Origin: Epithemia pelagica
Lineage: Eukaryota > Protista > Bacillariophyta
Direction of reading: 5' to 3'
Assembly: GCA_946965045.2 (NCBI GenBank)
Contig: OX337228.1
Coordinates: forward strand, 434,001-498,000
DNA: 64,000 nucleotides
Part shown: positions 57,334 through 64,000 of the stretch, one piece after another
Layout: every line of letters starts with the position of its first letter
How positions within the stretch are numbered: position 1 is the stretch's first letter
Notes under the pieces: model-generated
The model's database searches: none
What the model saw: the letters and a program-made list of their open reading frames with translations, nothing else
What the model was told of the DNA's origin: nothing
Made by a program: the position numbers and the translations under genes

Positions 57334-58032
57334 TTATTCGACAATGGCTATGTTGTCACGATGCCGTCTGTGTTCTTCGTGTTTGTTGGTCACTGGATTC
57401 CAAATCTTGAGGATGTGATAAAGCGTTCCGTGGCGAACTACGTTCCCTTGCAGATGTGTTCGTGACACTGCTTCCTTGAGCTTGAGGGGGTTAATTATCC
57501 AGACCCGTGTTCCAATGGGAATCCACCGCGGTAAGACGTTCTGGGATGGAATGTGCGGGTAATTGGTTTCGGTTTCAATCTCACCGTCCGCGTTTTCTCG
57601 GATCACGTCCACTAGCGCCACTGGGCTGCCAGTGTCCGATGGGCCTGTCTCTGTGGCCGTCGGGTCCGGTTCCTCTGGGAAGCCTCCTTCGGGTTGGTCC
57701 GGATAGGTGGCTATACTTGTTGTTGGCAGGGACACTTCTGCTTCGTCCCGTTTAATCTCCTGCACGAGTTTCTCGCGCTTTTCTTGGAAGTCTTCGTAGA
57801 TCCGTTGCTTCCGAATCTCACAATCTTGATGGTCGTTATCGCGCTCTGCTTCGCGATTCCGCTCGAGGGCTGCCACCGCTTCGCGGTGCTGCACCTCCTT
57901 GATGTGATATGTTCGCTGGTAGCGCGATTCGGCGGCTTGTACAACGTCTCGCTCGTCAATAGCCAATTGGGCCAATTGGGACAATAATGCGTTTACCTTG
58001 GATTCTGCACTCCGATTCGTTGTTTCACTCAT
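57334..58032 (-). CDS. Extra 5' ORF of copia C (232 aa; coiled coil plus small beta-barrel-like C-terminus)
   Basis: Intact ORF whose TAA lies 2 nt before the gag-pol ATG (TAAACATG). Confidence 0.65.
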   Translation of the reverse strand: MSETTNRSAESKVNALLSQLAQLAIDERDVVQAAESRYQRTYHIKEVQHREAVAALERNREAERDNDHQDCEIRKQRIYEDFQEKREKLVQEIKRDEAEVSLPTTSIATYPDQPEGGFPEEPDPTATETGPSDTGSPVALVDVIRENADGEIETETNYPHIPSQNVLPRWIPIGTRVWIINPLKLKEAVSRTHLQGNVVRHGTLYHILKIWNPVTNKHEEHRRHRDNIAIVE

Positions 58033-58076
58033 ATACCGTACTTCACACCAAAAACCGTCTCAAAGAGGATTGTTAT

Positions 58077-58090
58077 TTCTAAGGAGATTA
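58077..58090 (-). promoter_or_regulatory. Copia C primer-binding site, complementary to its own LTR
   Basis: Sense TAATCTCCTTAGAA abuts the 5' LTR and is the exact reverse complement of sense TTCTAAGGAGATTA at 58166-58153. Confidence 0.7.
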
Positions 58091-59373
58091 TGTTTAAACT
58101 CAAACAAAACCGTGCTGTAAAAGCAACTGTTTATAGGTTCTATTGAATTAGGTAATCTCCTTAGAATGAACCTCTCCTTGTTTCGTCTTCGTTCCTTTTC
58201 CGCTGCCACGTCGCCTGACTAAGATCCATCCTTCATTCTCCGGATCCATATCTTTAGTCGCTGATTGGTCCTTCACCTTCTCTGCAGCTATCTCACCTAC
58301 CGTTTCCTGCTTATACTTCAACAGATACGGCTTGTAAAGCGTTGGAACAGGATTATCTCACAAGCATTGCGAGAAGCACCAGACGAGGTACGCATGGGAA
58401 GGACCATGGGAGGTCGCAAAATGGAACCAGGAGGCTTTTTGGCGTCCGATTTGAATTTTACAATGCAAGGACTCTCCCATTTCGTCGGTATGTTTCTTGC
58501 AACATTGGATCAACCTGATGGAGATGGGGGTGGGGATATGGTCGAACGTACCGCCGGGATCATGAAGGAATTCTTTGGTTCTTTGCCCAAGGATCGTTTC
58601 TCGTTCTTTGTGGACAGCAGCACCGAACCCCCTCGTCGTGGTGAGGTTCGACGAAATCCGTTGGAAGGAACATATCATAGCATGCGCTCTTGTAGATCCA
58701 TGCAATATCCTTTGCAAGCATTCATGCATCTCAAGTACAGCAAGAAGCGAAAAGCAGTCGCGCGTTTGATCAAGCCGGGTAAATATACTCCCTACCTACC
58801 ATCCGAGGACGGAGACTACGCCGAATCCCCCTATGTGAAAGAAGGTAGTAAGCTGCCCCGAGAGCCAACCACTGGCAAATTTCGCCATATTGCCAGCTAC
58901 CACAGCATGGACGAACTCATAGATCTGGGATGGGATGGAGCCATGTACGTTTCGAGTCAAGGACAACGACACGGATTATCGGGTCGCTATGTCCCATTCA
59001 TTGTGGGCTACGATTCCGATTCCGGTGACGAATACGAACCAATCAATGTGCGTGCGGGGGAACGAGCGGGTATCATTGGACTCCCCCGCTCCGAGGTTGG
59101 ATCGTACACGGCTGTACCTGACTTTGGCTCACGCAGCTGCAAGATGGTCAAGCTCAATAACGGTCATTGATGGATGAGAGTCGTGATCGCTCGACCCTCT
59201 CTCAGTGCAACATAAAAGTACATGCAAATCATCTAGGTAGATAGCCTGAATCACCTCCCCCTGATATTCGATTTTAGTTATACTAAAAGGATTCACATGT
59301 TATTTCAATAGGTAGTATTGTCATGCAGCAAACACTTGAATTAATCGAGAACATAATGATTAGGAGTAGGTAG

Positions 59374-62300
59374 CGCCATACCCATGTAAAATAGCACGGT
59401 ATAAAAATTGTGATCTTAAGGAATTAGGAGGAATTAGGGGGAATGAGGAATCCACAGTGCCACGTGCGATGAGAAATGACTGGAGGAGGAACAGCCAGAT
59501 GGTGGGAGATTCATGTCGCAGTGTCAAGAACGCGAACCGGGAATGGAACGTGACGACACGTATGGCGGGATCCATATAGGGGTACCACACTCTACCTCTC
59601 CCTGGTCGGACCTAGGGAGTTCGAGCGGGACAAAAATGGGAAAGCTTGGAGGCCAGCATCCCATTTTTTATTCACGAAATGGAACAAGACGACGAATGTA
59701 GTGACGTGGGGACCACGTTGGATAGTCACAGTGCCATTGGAATGGACTTGTGTAATCCGAAAGGGATTGGGGCTTGTGCGGAGCTCAAGCTTGTCTGGAT
59801 TCGTGGCGCGAAGCAACACACGATCGTTGACCGCGTAGTCATGAAAGACACGAGAGCGATTTGCGAGACGAGCGCATTCATCGACAATCTGTTGTCGTTT
59901 CAGACGGACTGTTTCCATGTCCGCGATAATAGGGATGTCGAACAGCATGTCGCGATGGAACGCAAGGCTGCCGGGAGAAAGTGGGCCAAGAGGCTGTCTG
60001 GGATGCGAATACGCCATGCGGCATTAGAATTCTGACGATAACAAATCAAGTTGTATTGCGGATTTTCCGTAGGAAAAGGCTGGAGATGAAATCTCTGGGG
60101 TTGTTCGGTCAACTTGGCCACAAGAGTGGCATCGTTCTGTTGACGGTGATGAATCGTCGCGTAGTCGACAGGCAAGGGTTGATTTGCCGTAATGGGAGGA
60201 TGATTGAGGTAGACATCGATCAAATCCTCATCCATAAAGATGGGAGATTCGAAAGCGTCGGGATCACGCGAGTGATGAGAGCGGGGGTCATCATTAGGGC
60301 CATGAGGCACTTGCAACACTGAGTGTTGTCCGCTATGATCATAGAGCGATCATGGATGCGGCGAGGCATCCGTAGAGGAGGTCGGCGACGGAGAGACACT
60401 CTTCTCCTCCTCTTCAGAGAGAGGGAGATGCGACAAGGCGTCGGCGATGACATTGTCCTGGCCAGGGACGTAATGAAAAATCGGATTGTACTCCTCGAGG
60501 AACAACCGCCAACGGAGGACCCGTCGCAAGTTGAGGGTAGCATAGGTAAGATTCTTATGGTCCGTATGGACGTGCAGTTTGGCACAGCCGAGAAGCATGG
60601 AGCGGAACTCTTTAAGGGTTTCGACAATGGAGAGCAACTTCTTTTCCATAGAAGTGTAGTTGCGTTGAGCAAGGTTCAACTTGCGAGAGTAATATGCGAC
60701 GGGAACGTCTTGTTGCATGATTACAGCGCCAAGCTGGTAATCAAAGGCGTCCACATAGACATGGAAGGGAAGGTTATGGTCGGGATACCGAAGAAAGGCA
60801 TCATGTGCGAGCATGGACTTGGCTTGTTCGAAAGCACGTTGACATTGCGGGGACCAAACGAGGGTCTTGTTGCCCGTAATGGATGTTAGGGGAGCAAGAA
60901 TATGGGAGCATTGTGGATACATGTGGCGATAGAAATTGATCATGCCAATGAAGGAACGAAGGTCTTTCATGGTTTTGGGCGGAGCCAATGCCAGGATGGC
61001 AGAGATTTTCTTTTTCCAGGGTTTGATCCCAGTGGGTGTAAGCCAATGGCCGAGCCATTCCGTTTCTTTATCGGCCCATTCACACTTGGAATGGTTAATG
61101 GAGAAGTTCTTTTCTTGAAGAAGTTGGAGAACTTTGGACAGGATGTGCACATGTTCTTGCCAAGAATTGGAGAAGATGCCAATGTCGTCGATATAGACTT
61201 CGACATGGTCGCTGAAGTCACTGAGGACGTCTTCCATAATCTCTTGACAAAAGTCAGGAGATTGTTTGACACCCATCGGCAGACGACGGTGACGGAATTT
61301 GCCAAAAGGCGTAGTAATGACGCAAAGATTGCTCGATTCCTTATCGAGGCGGAATGTGTAAAAACACATGGAGATGTCCAACTTGGTAAAATATTTGTAG
61401 CCTTCCTGTTTACGAAGCATGTCCTCGATACGAGGAAAGGGGTAGACCCGACGGTAGAGTTGGGCGTTCAAAGAACGAAAGTCCAAAATCATTCGGATGC
61501 GGCCATCCTTTTTAGGAATGGCAAAGTGAGGAGCAGCCCATTCGGTGGAACCGACGCGCTCAAGGATGCCGATGTCGACAAAGCGCCACAGCTCCTTTGT
61601 AAAGGTATCGTGTATGTTTCGAGGGACCGAGAAATGGCGATGATGGACAGGCTGGGCATCAGGCTTGAGATGTAGATGGAGCGTTCGATCCGGGTATTCG
61701 CGGAGCTCACCATCAAAAATCTTGCCACAGTCTTGCCAAATGGCAAGAAGATCTTGCTTTTGGTCATCGGTAAGATGGTCTTGTTTATTGATCAACTCTT
61801 GTAGATCCGTAGGAACGTAGTTGGAATCCAAGAGGAATTGATCACCAATAATGGGATTGTCGGCAAAGATGTCGATGAAATGAGACATCAATGTCTGGTC
61901 GGTAGCAAATGAATCGCGATGGCGCATAGCGACATCGACTGAGTCCCAAGTTGTGAGACCAGTGTTGAAATTGAGCACAATGCCCAAGCGACGCAAGAGA
62001 TCGCGGCCAATAATGATATCATAACGACAATTGGGGGCATCAAAGATGTCGGCCCAAAGGGGGTATGAAATGTGTTTGGTCCGAGAAAACTCGGGGAGAA
62101 CCAAATCTTCGAGAAGAATCTCGGAGACGTGGTCGCGCGTACCCATGGTGGTATTGACAGACCGATTGGTTACACGTGGATGCATGCCGGGCTGAAGACA
62201 GCGCGCGTGCAGGATCGTCTTGTCGGCGCCTGAATTGAGCAGGGCACGCAACGGGACGGTGTTCTCGACTCCACCAATGGACCGAGCCATCAAAATGGTG

Positions 62301-64000
62301 AGGGGAACGGACGGAGGCTCAGAGGGAGCGACCGAAAGGGGACTAGAGAAACTAGGAGCGTCAGAGACAGAACTAGATAAGTAGACATCTTCATAGTGAT
62401 CTAGGTTAGATAAAAAATCATTATTGGGATCAACGATGTCAGCGATGACAGCATCCGTAGGATTTGGGCATTCCTTAAGACATGGGGAAGCGTTGGTATT
62501 CGGCGTTGCCTCCAGGGGAGGACAAGTCGTAGATGTGGGCGATATCCATGTTACGCCCGTAGATCTTGAACAATTGTTCGCGGACCTCGAGGATTGGGGC
62601 CTGAGGATGGCATTCTCGGCCGGCATAGCCTCTGGAGGGCCAGTCTGGATGTGACATTGCTGAGCAAAAAGAACATCAAGGTGATGAGAGACATCCGGAG
62701 AGGATGAAGCAAAAAAGGAAGAAGAACACATACCGGGGACCGTTCGATCGGCATTGCGGAGACTCGACCAATCACGAGAATCGGCTAGAGGACGTTGACG
62801 AGCACGATAAGCCGCGTCTTGCACAGAAGGCAACGGCTCAGCCAACGACGGATCAATCGGTGGATTGTCGTCTGTGTTGGTGCCTTCAGAGGCATGCTGG
62901 TCGGAGCCAGATCCAGAACGACGGGGAACAGCGCCCCAACTGGAACCAGTAGGGCGAGATTCTCCAGATGAGGGAGTTCCCTGGCCACGAGAGCCTTGAC
63001 CATTACGGCCTTGTTTCTGAGAACCATTGTTGGGCTGAGACCCAGTAGGGGTGCGAAGACCAGACCTGGTACGGGCAAGAGAGGCGTTGAAATGCTCTTG
63101 GTTAAAATTGGAGGACTGCGGGTTGTAGATGCAGTTGGCCCAAGTATGATTGGCGTGCGAAGAAATCGTGTCCTTGTAAGGACAGGCATCGCCGTCATTG
63201 ACTGGACGATCACCGGACGTTTGGCGTTCACCATTGGAGTGGCGATTGCCGCCGCGTAGACCGCCACGACCACCATTAGAGGAGCGGAAACGCTTGGAGG
63301 AAGAACCACGAGAAGTGGAATCATTGCGAGGATTGCGGGACTTGGCCTGGGACTGTGTATTGGCAGCCATCTTTTCTTGAGAGGCCCGTTGATAGCCACG
63401 CATTGCTTGAAGGAGGTCGGTGACATTGAAATGGTTCACCAGATCTGCAACCAAGGGATTGGCCGTCTTGAACTCGTTGCGCCAAGCAACCGGGGAGCCA
63501 AGATAGAAGGCTTGCTTCAGCTCATCGTCGGTGAGAGCCTGAACAGCGTTGTCGTTAGACAAATAACGGAGACCGTTCAAAAACTTTTTGAGGGTGTGAT
63601 AATGAATATCAACGGTCATGTCAGGTGGCTTGCGAGGACCGCAAAGGAGGTGTGACCGGAAGGCATTGACTTAGGAAACAGTCAACTTGGGTTCGAAGAT
63701 CGTAGCAATCAACTGTTTAAAACACGCTTCATCAAGGTTAGCGCCATCAGGCAGGGCCTGAAATGCAACATGGAACTTGTCCGCAACGAGACTTGTGGTA
63801 ACACGAGGAAAGTAGGTGCAACAGGCAGCAAAGGGCTCTGGATGACCGGAGATCTTGACCTTGTCAACAAAATGGAGGACCCAAAGGAAGAGATTCGAGG
63901 GCTCTTCATCCACGCCATCTCGAAATGGCATGAGACGGACATAGTACTTGTCATCGTTGTCGTCTTTCATCTTGAGGGTGGAAAGAGCAGAGGAAGAATC
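59374..64000 (-). mobile_element. Ty3/gypsy element, copy 2 (partial; runs off the window)
   Basis: 216-bp 3' LTR at 59374-59589 without the TACCC insertion. Continuous gag-PR-RT-RH ORF at 60350-63619. The integrase core (equivalent of about 5219-5885) is deleted at about 59980. Confidence 0.94.

Larger units (their letters stand above)
52175..58323 (-). mobile_element. Full-length Ty1/copia retrotransposon C
   Basis: 233-bp LTRs at 58091-58323 and 52175-52407 with TG...CA ends and one difference seen. 5-bp TSD GATAC. Empty site in copy 1 at 2449. Confidence 0.97.
49752..59170 (+). pseudogene. Unknown multi-exon gene, copy 2 (nonsense at about 50481, copia C in intron 2)
   Basis: Near-identical to 233-3295. 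CAA>TAA at 50481-50483. The GATAC in intron 2 (2449-2453 in copy 1) is duplicated around copia C. Start at ATG 49752 is tentative. Confidence 0.6.

Overview
Eukaryotic, transposon-saturated region, most likely from a diatom. This is inferred from CoDi-like Ty1/copia elements, short GT-AG introns and kelch/GT10 genes. It holds three full-length Ty1/copia LTR retrotransposons with 5-bp, 4-bp and 5-bp TSDs, two decayed copies of one Ty3/gypsy element, and a 7.1-kb PIF/Harbinger transposon. Non-autonomous TIR elements include a Tourist-like MITE, a hAT MITE, a TA-TSD Tc1/mariner-like element, and a Mutator-like family with TACCC...GGGTA ends and 10-bp TSDs, several of them nested. Host-type genes are a Crinkler/RHS-like NTPase+PD-(D/E)xK protein, a GT10 fucosyltransferase-like gene, a copia-disrupted kelch gene, a glycosyltransferase-like pseudogene and a 3-exon unknown gene present twice. 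Bases 233-~9950 are a diverged duplicate of 49977-64000, and 1-232 duplicates 14161-14392. The most striking signals are in the copia replication and expression elements. One has a PBS perfectly complementary to its own LTR (Tf1-like self-priming candidate). Two have PBSs complementary to tRNA anticodon arms (Asn-GTT, Ile-GAT; half-tRNA priming candidates). One has gag and pol in frame across a UGA-CGG stop followed by a stem-loop (readthrough candidate). All comparisons were made by eye and no database searches were run.
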